DNA from: a virus
Length of the DNA: 64,000 nt
Strand: one strand, 5' to 3'
IMG/VR virus record: IMGVR_UViG_3300024346_000007
The notes beneath the pieces were generated by a model. The model made no database searches, was not told the DNA's origin, and saw only the letters and a program-made list of their open reading frames with translations. Shown here piece after piece: positions 10,171-20,313 of this stretch (within the stretch, counting starts at the first letter, position 1; each line of letters begins with the position of its first letter). The position numbers and the translations under genes are program-made.

Positions 10171-10218
10171 AATGTAATTATATATAATAAATATATAAAA
10201 AGTACATTAAAATTATAC

Positions 10219-11163
10219 TTAACCCATATTTTTTTTATCACAAAGATCAGGTCTATCTTTAAATGCGCAGAACCTACAGTTATTTCCAGAGGCTACTTTA
10301 GTATGTACTTTTTCTTTTGCAGTTCCGTCATCATTAAAACACTCATTTATAAAATTAATAAGACGCTGTCCGGCTTGGTGTACTTTAGATTTTCCATTAG
10401 CAGGCTCGTGTATTTGTATTCTAGATTGAGGGAAGTCCGCATTTTCATACAGCTTTCTTTTAAGTATACGGAACCTAGGAATAATCTTGGCCTCTTCTAC
10501 TCCAAACTGTTTTGCAAAGTATTTCTTGTATAAAAGAATTTGAGCTTGCTTAGTCTCATCTTTCTTTTCGTAATCTCTCCAGCCTTTAGTAGAAGTTTTA
10601 AAATCTTCAATGTATATAGTCCCGTCAGTCTTATCTCTAAGCACTAGATCTATATACCCATGGAATAAAAATGTATCTTCTATGTCTCTAATTTCTGTGA
10701 GGATTGGTATTTCCATACCTAGCATCTCCATATCTTTAGTTGAAAAGTATGCCAATCTTTTCTTTCTAAAGTAGTTTAGTATCTCTACTCCGTCCTGATA
10801 GAACTCTGCCATCTCTTGCTTTGTGGAGAAGTGAGCTCCTCCATTGTTAGTAACCTCTTTGACGTATTCTTCTCTAAATACTTTCTCAAAGTGTTCTACC
10901 ATATCGAAAGCATCGGATGCTTTTACAGAATCATTAAATAGTATAGCTAAGTATTGTTGTAGGGCTTCATGTATAGCTGTACCAAATACAGTATTAATAC
11001 TTGCTGTAAATAAGTAATGACCCTTAGCGTAAGTAAGATACCAACGATATGGACAGGCCTCGTATACAGAGTATTGAGAGAAGGATATATGTTTCTGTCC
11101 TTCTCTCTTCTCTGTTCTTATTTTTGGAGATATACTTTCTGATAAAGCTATTGCTTGTTTCAT
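10219..11163 (-). CDS. PD-(D/E)XK exonuclease, Cas4/AddB-like with putative Fe-S cysteines
   Basis: SFSQY...CPYRW, FGTAIHE, GYIDLV..IEDFKT, Q..LY, C-terminal CRFC...C. Confidence 0.85.
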   Translation of the reverse strand: MKQAIALSESISPKIRTEKREGQKHISFSQYSVYEACPYRWYLTYAKGHYLFTASINTVFGTAIHEALQQYLAILFNDSVKASDAFDMVEHFEKVFREEYVKEVTNNGGAHFSTKQEMAEFYQDGVEILNYFRKKRLAYFSTKDMEMLGMEIPILTEIRDIEDTFLFHGYIDLVLRDKTDGTIYIEDFKTSTKGWRDYEKKDETKQAQILLYKKYFAKQFGVEEAKIIPRFRILKRKLYENADFPQSRIQIHEPANGKSKVHQAGQRLINFINECFNDDGTAKEKVHTKVASGNNCRFCAFKDRPDLCDKKNMG

Positions 11164-11354
11164 TCTATCTGTTTTATCAAATCTTCTAGATCTTCTGTTG
11201 TCTTTTCAATCTCTGTTATTAAATAATGAAATTGCGCCTGCACTTCTTCTGACATTAAATCTTCTTTATTTGATAAAGCTTCTATTTGAATATTGTAATC
11301 GTCTAATCTTTTATTACAATTTTCTATACCTTCATTTATCTCTTCTAATGTCAT
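11160..11354 (-). CDS. Small acidic coiled-coil hypothetical protein
   Basis: 64-aa ORF with GTTATG start; its stop overlaps the next start (ATGA). Confidence 0.55.
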   Translation of the reverse strand: MTLEEINEGIENCNKRLDDYNIQIEALSNKEDLMSEEVQAQFHYLITEIEKTTEDLEDLIKQIE

Positions 11355-11365
11355 AACCTTTATTT

Positions 11366-11626
11366 TTAAAAAATGTTACTATCATCTTTTTCTACTTCCT
11401 CTTCCATACCTAATGGAGAGAATTCTTTGTTTACGTGTTGACACTTGATACAATAGAATGTTGGTACTGGTATCACTTGATCCTTATCGCTAGATGCAGC
11501 TACTAGGAATTTAGAAACCTTACGAAGATACAAACCTTCTGTAAAAATATTACTTCCGCAGTTCTCACATACTACTCCTGTAGTCTGATCAAATCTTACA
11601 TTTGCTAATGGATTCTGTTGTTGCAT
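11366..11626 (-). CDS. Zn-ribbon hypothetical protein
   Basis: CENC...CIKC. Confidence 0.6.
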   Translation of the reverse strand: MQQQNPLANVRFDQTTGVVCENCGSNIFTEGLYLRKVSKFLVAASSDKDQVIPVPTFYCIKCQHVNKEFSPLGMEEEVEKDDSNIF

Positions 11627-11637
11627 ATTATTTGTTT

Positions 11638-13293
11638 TTATTGCATGAATTGACTATAATCGATATTATCTTTCTTCTCGTCTCCTGTAAAGTATACTAC
11701 TGATTCTGTAGTAAGGATGGTACCAGCTACACTAGCAGCATTTTCAATAGCAGTCCTTGTTACTTTAGTAGGATCTAAGATACCTGCTGTGAAAAAGTTT
11801 TGAATCTCCCCAGTCTTGGCGTTGTATCCGTACCATATGCTATCATCTTCGTCAATAGCATAACTCTTTACACTACTTAGAATCTCATATGCATTCTCAA
11901 TACCAGCATTGGTAAGAATGGTTTTAAACGGTGCGTACAAAGCTTTAGTGACAATACGTACACCCAGTTCTTGATCATCGTTATCACAATCCAATACAGA
12001 CTCTTTAAGCAACTCTATACAGTTAATCAAGGCCATACCACCACCAGGAACGATACCTTGATCTAAGGCAGCTTTAGTAGCGTGTAATGCATCGTCTACA
12101 CGATCTTTCTTCTCTCTCATTTCAATCTCACTCATACCGCCAACATTGATAATAGCAACACCGCCAGTAAGTTTTGACAACCTCTCTTGTAGTTTTTCAA
12201 TTTCAAAGTTAGATTTGGCAATCTCGATTTGTTTTTTAATATCATTTAACCTCTGTTCAATACCTTCTACTGATCCTTTACCATCAATGATAGTGGTATC
12301 TTTAGATGATACATTTACCATACGAGCCTTACCGAACAATGGCTTGAACTCATCAGGCTTCATCTTTTCAATCTTATTACCTTTAGTAGGAGATACTACA
12401 GTACCGCCAGTAAGGATTGCAATGTCTTCTAAGATAGCAGTCCTACGATCACCAAAGTCAGGAGCCTTCACAGCACATACTTTAATAGTAGCGTTTGCTT
12501 TGTTAACTACCAAGATAGCCAATGCCTCATGCTCAATGTCTTCAGCAACGATAAGTAGAGGAAGACTTTCTGCATGTGCTGCTTGCAACAAAGGTAATAC
12601 CTGTGCAGTGCTGGTAAGTCTGCCATCATATAAGAATATCAACGGCTTATCAAACACAGCTTGCATTGTTGAGTTGTCTGTAACGAAGTATGGAGATTTA
12701 AAACCTCTGTCAAACATCATACCTTCTACTACTTCCAAAGAGGTCTCACCAGACTTTGACTCTTCTATAGCCACTACACCATCAGTACCCACTTTATCCA
12801 AAGCAGTAGCGATCAATGTCCCAATCTCAGAATCATTATTAGCAGAGATAGTTGCTACTTGCTTAATCTGATCTTCTGAAGAGATGTCTTTAGATATAGA
12901 CTTTAAACCAGCCACTACTGCTGATACTGCTTTATCAATACCTTTCTTTACTTCTACCGCGTTAGATCCTTGTGTAATGGCTTTAATACCTTCGTTCACC
13001 ATTACAGATGCCAATAGTGTGGAAGTTGTTGTACCATCTCCAGCTTTATCTGCTGATCTTACTGATACGCTTTTAATCATTTGAGCTCCGATATCCTCAA
13101 TAGGATCTTCAAGCTTTGTAAATGATTGTGCTACCGTAACACCATCTTTTGTAATCTTAATAGTACCATCAGCACCTCTAATGATTACATTCCTACCTGC
13201 AGGACCTAGTGTAGAGGACACACTTGCATTAATCTTGTTAACTCCCTCTAGGAGTTTCTTTTTGAGGTCTGTTCCAAATTCTGTCTTAATCAT
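11638..13293 (-). CDS. groEL: Phage-encoded chaperonin GroEL
   Basis: TLGPAGRNV, ITKDGVTVA, AGDGTTT, KAPDFGDRR, EKKDRVDDALHAT, GIVPGGG, DPTKVTR. Confidence 0.97.
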   Translation of the reverse strand: MIKTEFGTDLKKKLLEGVNKINASVSSTLGPAGRNVIIRGADGTIKITKDGVTVAQSFTKLEDPIEDIGAQMIKSVSVRSADKAGDGTTTSTLLASVMVNEGIKAITQGSNAVEVKKGIDKAVSAVVAGLKSISKDISSEDQIKQVATISANNDSEIGTLIATALDKVGTDGVVAIEESKSGETSLEVVEGMMFDRGFKSPYFVTDNSTMQAVFDKPLIFLYDGRLTSTAQVLPLLQAAHAESLPLLIVAEDIEHEALAILVVNKANATIKVCAVKAPDFGDRRTAILEDIAILTGGTVVSPTKGNKIEKMKPDEFKPLFGKARMVNVSSKDTTIIDGKGSVEGIEQRLNDIKKQIEIAKSNFEIEKLQERLSKLTGGVAIINVGGMSEIEMREKKDRVDDALHATKAALDQGIVPGGGMALINCIELLKESVLDCDNDDQELGVRIVTKALYAPFKTILTNAGIENAYEILSSVKSYAIDEDDSIWYGYNAKTGEIQNFFTAGILDPTKVTRTAIENAASVAGTILTTESVVYFTGDEKKDNIDYSQFMQ

Positions 13294-13303
13294 AACTGTT
13301 TAT

Positions 13304-13600
13304 TTAATCTTTAATAATTGAAAGGATTTCTACTTCACGGCATACATAATACTCATCACCGTCTACAATGATTTGCGTTACTACTGCTTTTGGCACAATA
13401 ACCGTGTCCCCGGTTTGTACGTGCATAGGAAAGTACTTACCGTTGTTGGTATCGTACATACCTAGACCTGCGCTAACTACTTCAAAGTAGTTTGATTTTT
13501 CAGCTCCCATGTCTGGTACAATAATACCACCTACCGTTTTGTCTTCTGAGTCAATCTTCTTTAGAATGACTTTGTCGTGTAATGCAACTAATTTACTCAT
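13304..13600 (-). CDS. groES: Co-chaperonin GroES
   Basis: LHDKVIL, KTVGGIIVPD mobile loop; immediately upstream of groEL. Confidence 0.93.
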   Translation of the reverse strand: MSKLVALHDKVILKKIDSEDKTVGGIIVPDMGAEKSNYFEVVSAGLGMYDTNNGKYFPMHVQTGDTVIVPKAVVTQIIVDGDEYYVCREVEILSIIKD

Positions 13601-13620
13601 TGTTTTATTTTTTATGTTTC

Positions 13621-15927
13621 TTAATGGCCTTCTTTTAGGTTATGTGCCAGAGATGGCACTGCAACTAAATCTAAAGATAGTTTTGTAGTATTTTCCATTC
13701 TATCTTGTACTATTCTGCAAGCTTCATCTGACATAGTCTCATCAACTTCCATAACCAACTGGTCATGTATTTGTGCTACTACCTGTCCTTTTATACCAGC
13801 TTTTTTAAATTCTCTGTTTATTTCAATGGCAGCACGGTTTACTATAGATGCGGCCAAACTTTGTATCTGGAAGTTCATACTATTGTTAAGACCGTTCTTA
13901 TAATCCCTTGACATATTCATAACCATTTCTTTTCCCAACTGTCCTTCTAGTTTATTTTGGAAGTCCCACTCTAATAAAGAGTCACCGAACTTCTGGTGAA
14001 GGTACGAAACTTTTGGTAAATGACGAACTCTTCCTACTTGTGTTTTTACATACCCTTCTTTTTTTACAAACACTTTAGAATCAGTCATCCACTTTTTCAA
14101 GTTAGGGAACCCATTAAGATACCCGTCCACTAGCTTCTGTGCTTCTTTAGTACTTAGATCAATACTCTTACCTAAGGCGTAAGCTGACATTCCGTAAGGT
14201 ATGCCCAGGGAGTATGCTTTTGCTTTCTGTCTAATATTATTTGCATGCTTCTTTAGATAGTTCGGAGCTTTCTTATCTGGGGAGTACTGATCAAGCTTTT
14301 CTGTTTTAATGGCGATTGTAGAATAAAAATCCCACCCATTACGGAAGATATCTTTCAACCCTTCGTCATCAGCTACGTGAGAGAATACTTTAGGCTCAAG
14401 TGATTCATAGTCACAATCTATGAATACTGTTCCCGGTTTGCAAACAAAGAACGCACGGATCATGTTATTATATTTAAGAACAATTGGATCCTCTTCTCCT
14501 TCTTCTTTAGGTCTTGGCAACTGCTGTGCATCAGATCCGTATCTACCTGATACTGTAGCGTGTTGCTTATAGTAGAAGTAGTACATGCCTTCTTCTTCCT
14601 TATCTAAAAACCTATCCATATAGGTAGATTTTATCTTAAGAAGTTTATTATAAATGCGAAGATTCTTAGCCCACTCATGTTTATCGGCAATGGACTGTAT
14701 GAAATCATCATCAAATTTATCCTTGCCTTTGTCTGTAGCAGATATTGGTTCCATCCCTAAAGCTGTGAATGCGATACTACCTAAGTGATCTTTAGATTGA
14801 ATATTAAAGAAATCCCCGTCCTGACTATCTTTCCATAGCCTCATACTGACTTTTACAGCTAGATCAGCGTCTAGGACATCCATGTTGCCAGTTGTTAAAT
14901 ACTCTTTGATAGGACCTTCTTCAAGAGTCTTTAGTGTCGCAGCATTCATTGTATACTTACCAGTCTTCTCAGATTTAGGTAAGGAGTAACCTGATTCTGT
15001 TATAAGCTGTTGTGCATAGCTTCCTTTATGTGTAGGAGGGAATTTTTCTAGAGCCTTATCTATAACCCACTCTTTTACTCTAGGATCTTTCAAAAGAGTC
15101 TTGATTACGATAGCTTTGTATTCCTCAAGATCTTTTATAATCTCTTCTCTAGATTGGACTATAAGATCCATATCTAACAACATGCCGTTGCTTTCCATGG
15201 GGATTGTAACTTCCTTGTATAGAGGCATCACTTCATCCTCGAAAAAGAATTTCTCTAGTCCTTCTGATTTTAGTTTTTCTAAGTAGTAATTGAATACCCT
15301 AAGAGTTAAGTCAGTATCAGCACAAGCATATTTAGATAGTATAGGGAGGTCTGCTTTCCAGATCTCATAATTATCTTTTGTCGTCGTGCCTCCATTAGAT
15401 TTTATGGACTCTTTAAGTTCCACCTGCTCTTCATTAGCCTCTTTCTCCATGTCAAGACCAATATGCACTTGTATAACCTTTGCAATATTTTTGAGACCAA
15501 AAGAACTGCCTGCGCCTTCTCCTGCACCTTCCTCTGCTACTGTATGTACTAATAGCATCGTGTCTGCGTATATAGCAGGTATTATATCAATCCCGTAAAA
15601 TTCTTTTACGAATCTAGAATCAAATGAAAGGTTATGTCCTATAAGTTTTTTGGTGCAAAGTAGCGTTAATACTTTCTTAGCAAGATCATGACAACTTTCT
15701 CCGTATATAAGATCGTCTGTTAGTTCACCATTTTTAAATACCATGGTTGGCATGTAATACCCTACTCCTACTTCCCCTGATACTGATAGTCCTATTATCT
15801 TTCCTTTCCTTGGATTTAAACTTGTAGTTTCCGTATCAAAAGCAATTATATCAAATGCTTTTATATGTTGAACCATATCCCTCAATGTCTGCGGTGTGTC
15901 CACCGTGACGTACTTCTTTTCACTCAT
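13621..15927 (-). CDS. polA: Family A DNA polymerase with 3'-5' exonuclease (no 5'-3' exo domain)
   Basis: ExoI DTET, ExoII HNLSFD, ExoIII YACAD; motif A DYESLE, motif B RQKAKAYSLGIPYG, motif C QIHDQ. Confidence 0.95.
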   Translation of the reverse strand: MSEKKYVTVDTPQTLRDMVQHIKAFDIIAFDTETTSLNPRKGKIIGLSVSGEVGVGYYMPTMVFKNGELTDDLIYGESCHDLAKKVLTLLCTKKLIGHNLSFDSRFVKEFYGIDIIPAIYADTMLLVHTVAEEGAGEGAGSSFGLKNIAKVIQVHIGLDMEKEANEEQVELKESIKSNGGTTTKDNYEIWKADLPILSKYACADTDLTLRVFNYYLEKLKSEGLEKFFFEDEVMPLYKEVTIPMESNGMLLDMDLIVQSREEIIKDLEEYKAIVIKTLLKDPRVKEWVIDKALEKFPPTHKGSYAQQLITESGYSLPKSEKTGKYTMNAATLKTLEEGPIKEYLTTGNMDVLDADLAVKVSMRLWKDSQDGDFFNIQSKDHLGSIAFTALGMEPISATDKGKDKFDDDFIQSIADKHEWAKNLRIYNKLLKIKSTYMDRFLDKEEEGMYYFYYKQHATVSGRYGSDAQQLPRPKEEGEEDPIVLKYNNMIRAFFVCKPGTVFIDCDYESLEPKVFSHVADDEGLKDIFRNGWDFYSTIAIKTEKLDQYSPDKKAPNYLKKHANNIRQKAKAYSLGIPYGMSAYALGKSIDLSTKEAQKLVDGYLNGFPNLKKWMTDSKVFVKKEGYVKTQVGRVRHLPKVSYLHQKFGDSLLEWDFQNKLEGQLGKEMVMNMSRDYKNGLNNSMNFQIQSLAASIVNRAAIEINREFKKAGIKGQVVAQIHDQLVMEVDETMSDEACRIVQDRMENTTKLSLDLVAVPSLAHNLKEGH

Positions 15928-15942
15928 AACCTTTATTTTATT

Positions 15943-16368
15943 TTATTTTCCTGTGCTGCCAAATCCGCCGGACCCTCTTTCTGTTTCCGACAGTTTATCT
16001 GATTCAACAAACTCAACCTGTGGATATGGCAGTATCATTATCTGTGCTACTCGATCTCCTACTTCATAGTTGGTTAGGTTCATACCAAACTTTTTATTGA
16101 ACACCGCCATAATCTCACCTCTATACCCACTATCAATAACTCCAACTGCATTGCTTAACGATAGTCCGGATTTGAAGACAGAGGATCTTGGAAAGATCAA
16201 TCCTACATATCCATAAGGAATTTCCATCGCAAGGCCTGTATAATATTTTACTTGAGTAGGAGATACGTCTTCTTTTTTTATAGCCACTAGATCCATTCCA
16301 GCATCCCCATCTTTTGCATAAGTTGGTATTACAGCTTCTGGATTTAGCTTTTCTATCTTTACTATCAT
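15943..16368 (-). CDS. dut: Trimeric dUTPase
   Basis: AGMDL, PRSS, GVIDSGYRGEI, RVAQ, RGSGGFGSTG. Confidence 0.96.
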   Translation of the reverse strand: MIVKIEKLNPEAVIPTYAKDGDAGMDLVAIKKEDVSPTQVKYYTGLAMEIPYGYVGLIFPRSSVFKSGLSLSNAVGVIDSGYRGEIMAVFNKKFGMNLTNYEVGDRVAQIMILPYPQVEFVESDKLSETERGSGGFGSTGK

Positions 16369-16371
16369 AAT

Positions 16372-16602
16372 CTAATTTTCAATTTCATCAAGCATCACTT
16401 CTGCTAATATCTCTGGGATCTCATCCGGAGATTGAACCTCTACGAATCTTTCTCTGAAAAATGAACTGTGCGGATGGGGAGGTTCTGCTTCAAAAACATT
16501 GATGTTTCCTTGGGAAGTCACCTCTCTTACTGTGTAGATCTGATCTTGTTCTAATACTCCTGGGTGTCCTAAGACACAGCATACTAATGAATTTACTTTC
16601 AT
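16372..16602 (-). CDS. Hypothetical protein
   Basis: 76-aa ORF with GTTATG start, packed in the operon. Confidence 0.5.
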   Translation of the reverse strand: MKVNSLVCCVLGHPGVLEQDQIYTVREVTSQGNINVFEAEPPHPHSSFFRERFVEVQSPDEIPEILAEVMLDEIEN

Positions 16603-16607
16603 AACCC

Positions 16608-16805
16608 TTATTTTTTTTCTGTACTTAATTTTGTAATCTGATTTTCTAGCTCTTCTACGGTTTCTTTTAGCACTTCTAATATTGCATTATTAAGAATTGC
16701 ATTTTTTAAAAACTCTGTGTTTACTTCTTTCTGTCTTTCATAAACATAAAACAGGAATCCCATTCCAAGTAAGTTTAAAGATATCAAGATTGTGTATATA
16801 ATCAT
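16608..16805 (-). CDS. Small membrane-anchored coiled-coil protein
   Basis: N-terminal hydrophobic helix; preceded by a consensus Bacteroidota promoter. Confidence 0.55.
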   Translation of the reverse strand: MIIYTILISLNLLGMGFLFYVYERQKEVNTEFLKNAILNNAILEVLKETVEELENQITKLSTEKK

Positions 16806-16819
16806 AACATTAATTTTAA

Positions 16820-16850
16820 CAAATATAATAACTATTCTTCTTTTGCCAAA
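16820..16850 (-). promoter_or_regulatory. Bacteroidota-type promoter (-33/-7) upstream of the dut-polA-groE block
   Basis: Minus strand TTTG-N19-TATATTTG, 14 nt upstream of ATG 16805. Confidence 0.65.
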
Positions 16851-17029
16851 TTTTTATTTCCTTTTAACCACTTCTCTTCGTAAGGGCACTCTTTACATTT
16901 ATTACCGCAGCACTTGCCTCTTTGGGAAAGATAGAGAGCAGTGAATACAAAGTATCCAGTCTGCTCATCTATATAATAATCAATCCCTTCTTGTAATTTA
17001 TTGTTCGACACTACAGTTGGCCCCGGCAC
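16832..17029 (-). CDS. Cys-rich DUF5522-like protein
   Basis: GYFVFTA.YL.QRGKCCGNKCKECPY. Confidence 0.7.
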   Translation of the reverse strand: MPGPTVVSNNKLQEGIDYYIDEQTGYFVFTALYLSQRGKCCGNKCKECPYEEKWLKGNKNLAKEE

Positions 17030-18851
17030 AGGCAGCTATTTGGCCAAAGTTTACAGTATCATCTTCCTCCATAACACTAGTCAAGTCCATAGAAGTAAGG
17101 TGCTTTGATCTTTCTTCATACTGTTCTTTAGTAATATCTTCAAAAGGAGCCTGTTGGTAAGTACCTCCCCAATAAGGCAATACTGATAGGCCGTTATAAT
17201 ACTCTCTGTTTTTCCACATCCACTCTCCTACTGGAAGCCACTCGTCTTCTTTAAGAGATACCGTAGCTGATACGTTGTGGGTATTGTATCCATTCCTATG
17301 GCCACTCTTAATCCAATTAACTGAGAAATGCTTTACCCTTTCTAGTAACTCTATTGGGGTCTCGCTTCTCATTATTGATCCTTCTGGTGCTTTGATAGGG
17401 ATCCTTGCACACAAGGTATCGTGAGATCTTAACACATCATCTTCACACATCTCAGGATGGTTTGCAATCAGATACTTAGCAATGTCTTCACTCTTATTAA
17501 ATCTTACTGTTCTGAGATAATAATCATTGTGCCATGCGTGTATTCCAGAAGCTGTACCCAATACACAAGATGTTGTTCCTGAAGGCTTTATACAAGTTAC
17601 ACGAGCGGCTCTGTTGATTCCTATAAGATCTGCGTATTTTGCATTTACTTCTTTTGCAATCTCAGCAGCTTTTTCAAGATCATACTTCAAGATCTCTCCA
17701 CTTCCGATACCTGTCATACCTATTCCAAGCAAAGCATCCTTCTCAGTAGTCTTCTGCCATATAGGACGGAGATAATGAAAATCAGTGAATGACGCTTGTA
17801 AAGTTCCAAAGAATGCAGCTATACGCACTCTGTCAAATAGATCCTCTTCATCTTTGATATCAGATACATTCACTTCACAAAGGTTGCAGAATTGATATGG
17901 ACGTAGTGCTATTTCGCAACATGGGTTAGTTCCCCACTCAGCATTCTTTGTCCAATAGAACCCAGGCTCTCCAGAGTTACTCAACTCTATCTTCTTCCAT
18001 AAACCTTTAAATTGTTCTTCTGTAATCTGGCCTCTTTCCAATACTGCAGAGTTATTAGACCTTCCCCTTTGTTCATTAAGTTCCCACCAATTACCGTACT
18101 TACAAGTAAGCATTTCTTCATCATCATAGCTAAACAATGCGATCATAGCAGCCCTTCTAATACCTCCAGACAATACGCTGTTAGCAATGTGGCACATGAT
18201 ATCATGCACTTCCAAGGTAGATAGCTTCTCACCGTTTTGTTTACGATCCAATATAGCTTCTATATGTGTAAGACAGATCTTAAGAGGCTCTGGTCCAGGC
18301 GCTTTTCCACCTGCAGTAATAAGCCTAGATCCTTTAGGACGTACATCTCTGTAGTCAAATGTAGGCTTAGCACCCTTACCAAAGTATGATTTCATCAATA
18401 CTTTCACAGCGTCAGCCCATCCAATAATACTATCTTGTACTAAGTATCTTTTTTGTTTTACTGGCTTTATGATTTCTGGTAACTTCTCTACGTGCTGGAA
18501 CTGAACAGAATATCCTACCCCAGTACCCCCAAGCAATAGAAACATGGACTCTGAAAAACAGTGTACGCTATCCATTGGGAGGTAGCAGCAGTTGTATATA
18601 CGTGCATTATTTACTTCAGCTGCTATGCCTGAGAACTGTAAGGCCCTCATTGAAGGAAGTACTTTTTTATCTACTATATAACTAGCGTTACCCAATATCT
18701 CTTTTTTTAAATTTGGGAACTTTTGCATTAACATAACCTCATATCTAGATACTATTTCTTCCCATGTTTCCCTTCTTTTTACTTCGGGAATGTACTTGGC
18801 GTACTTAGAAAAAATAGTTATCTGACTTAGTATCTCTGATCCTAATTCCAT
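16998..18851 (-). CDS. nrdJ: Class II (adenosylcobalamin-dependent) ribonucleotide reductase; likely start is MELGSE at 18851
   Basis: KYAKY..RRETWEE, PSMRAL, YNCC, TNPCCEI, FCNLCEVN, CIKPSGT, C-terminal ACAGANC; no beta subunit nearby. Confidence 0.9.
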   Translation of the reverse strand: MELGSEILSQITIFSKYAKYIPEVKRRETWEEIVSRYEVMLMQKFPNLKKEILGNASYIVDKKVLPSMRALQFSGIAAEVNNARIYNCCYLPMDSVHCFSESMFLLLGGTGVGYSVQFQHVEKLPEIIKPVKQKRYLVQDSIIGWADAVKVLMKSYFGKGAKPTFDYRDVRPKGSRLITAGGKAPGPEPLKICLTHIEAILDRKQNGEKLSTLEVHDIMCHIANSVLSGGIRRAAMIALFSYDDEEMLTCKYGNWWELNEQRGRSNNSAVLERGQITEEQFKGLWKKIELSNSGEPGFYWTKNAEWGTNPCCEIALRPYQFCNLCEVNVSDIKDEEDLFDRVRIAAFFGTLQASFTDFHYLRPIWQKTTEKDALLGIGMTGIGSGEILKYDLEKAAEIAKEVNAKYADLIGINRAARVTCIKPSGTTSCVLGTASGIHAWHNDYYLRTVRFNKSEDIAKYLIANHPEMCEDDVLRSHDTLCARIPIKAPEGSIMRSETPIELLERVKHFSVNWIKSGHRNGYNTHNVSATVSLKEDEWLPVGEWMWKNREYYNGLSVLPYWGGTYQQAPFEDITKEQYEERSKHLTSMDLTSVMEEDDTVNFGQIAACAGANCSVEQ

Positions 18852-18960
18852 GTTTTTTTGTTTTAAATTTTTGTAACGGTAAAAATAAATACCCATTGAA
18901 AATGGAAAAAAAGTTCAATTGCTCAGCTTTTTTTTTGCCACTTTTTTGATGCTTATGAGA

Positions 18961-20313
18961 TTATGCCTTGAGAAACTTTTTCTTTAGCATAGACATATCA
19001 TCCGAACTAAAATCTCCTTTTGACCCAGTGTCTTGACTATCAGTCTCTTCATCAAATAGGTCCTCAGAAATCTCTATAAAGCCTCTACCTAGATCTATTT
19101 TAGCGGAATATGTCATCCCATCTGGTCCTAATCTAGACTTCATGATATGGAATCTTCCTGTATTGTTTATCTTATCCTTCCTGCGTCTGGATAGAGATAC
19201 ACTCAGATCCGCTATCATCATCTTTTGAAAACTTCCGGCTACCTTATCCCCTTCGATGATCTCATCCTTGGCTCCCATACGATTAATCTGGGAAGGACAA
19301 ACGAATGGAATTTTAAGATCTTTAGCCATTCCTTTTAGATCGGTATAGATATCATCTAGTTCTTCTTTGCTTTCTTTCCTTGATTTACGAGGCTTTAAAA
19401 GATCCGGGTAGTCTATGATGATTAGGTCTGGAATAAAGTCGTTATTGGCTTCTAATTGCTTTATATGAGATTCTATGGTACTTAGTGAGGCCCTACCAGG
19501 AGAATATTCCTTAATCACAATCTTACCTTTAAGATTTTTAACTGCGGCTTCTACTTCTTTGCGGTGGAACTTAAGCATCTTGACTTCTACTCCAGTAAGG
19601 ATAGAATCAATCTTTTTACCTACATACCTCTCATCCAACTCTAAAGTATAGTAGATTACATTAAATCCCATCTTAAGACAATGGGATGCAATATTACAAA
19701 CCACTGTAGACTTTCCTATGCCGGGAGGTGCAAATAAAAGCATAAGGTTGCTTCCGCCTATTCCTCCATCTGTAATGTCATTGAATACTTTCCAAGGGAA
19801 TGGGATCTTTTTATCTTCCTCTTCTCTGAATCTGGACTCGATGTCTTTGTCGTATTCGTGTCCTATTTCTTTTGTGCTTCCAGCCCTTAACGCTTCATCA
19901 ATAATCTTTCTGATTCCTTCAAACTCTCCGCCTGTGAGAAGATCTACTGAAGCTAGTAAAGCATCTTTTAGTTTCTGATTCTTACAGAAGTTAAAAAACT
20001 CTTCCTTTACATAATCAATATCATCTTGTGTAGCGGTGTAGGCTTGTTTTAATTCCTCTTTAATGGATACTTGTAACACTTCGTTCTTTTCCTTTTTAAG
20101 TTCTATCTTAAGAACTTCCATTGTAGGATAGGTGTGGTATTTGCTATAGTACTCTAGAATAGTTCCAATGATCCATTTGTGTGCAGGAGATTCAAAATAC
20201 TCAGCTGTGATTACATCTGCTATGTTTTGAAGGAACTGTTTGTCGTTTAGTAAGGAGTAAAGTACTTTTATTTGGAACTGGTGTCCGTAACTGGTTAATC
20301 TTTGTTGTGTCAT
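18961..20313 (-). CDS. Replicative helicase, DnaB / T4 gp41-like
   Basis: Walker A APPGIGKST, YYTLEL, IIIDYPDLL, SQINR, KSRLGPDG. Confidence 0.9.
   Translation of the reverse strand: MTQQRLTSYGHQFQIKVLYSLLNDKQFLQNIADVITAEYFESPAHKWIIGTILEYYSKYHTYPTMEVLKIELKKEKNEVLQVSIKEELKQAYTATQDDIDYVKEEFFNFCKNQKLKDALLASVDLLTGGEFEGIRKIIDEALRAGSTKEIGHEYDKDIESRFREEEDKKIPFPWKVFNDITDGGIGGSNLMLLFAPPGIGKSTVVCNIASHCLKMGFNVIYYTLELDERYVGKKIDSILTGVEVKMLKFHRKEVEAAVKNLKGKIVIKEYSPGRASLSTIESHIKQLEANNDFIPDLIIIDYPDLLKPRKSRKESKEELDDIYTDLKGMAKDLKIPFVCPSQINRMGAKDEIIEGDKVAGSFQKMMIADLSVSLSRRRKDKINNTGRFHIMKSRLGPDGMTYSAKIDLGRGFIEISEDLFDEETDSQDTGSKGDFSSDDMSMLKKKFLKA

Noticed and set aside
10219-11163. Cas4-like gene as evidence of a CRISPR-Cas system
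   Set aside because: No array or other cas genes in the window; solo Cas4-like nucleases are common in phages.
12146-13084. Plus-strand ORFs antisense to groEL and other enzymes, and nested ORF 6868-7092
   Set aside because: Fully overlap well-supported genes and have no recognisable motifs.
18906-18936. Possible terminator between the helicase and nrdJ genes
   Set aside because: Pairing is mostly A-tract/T-tract with a mismatched core; too weak to call.
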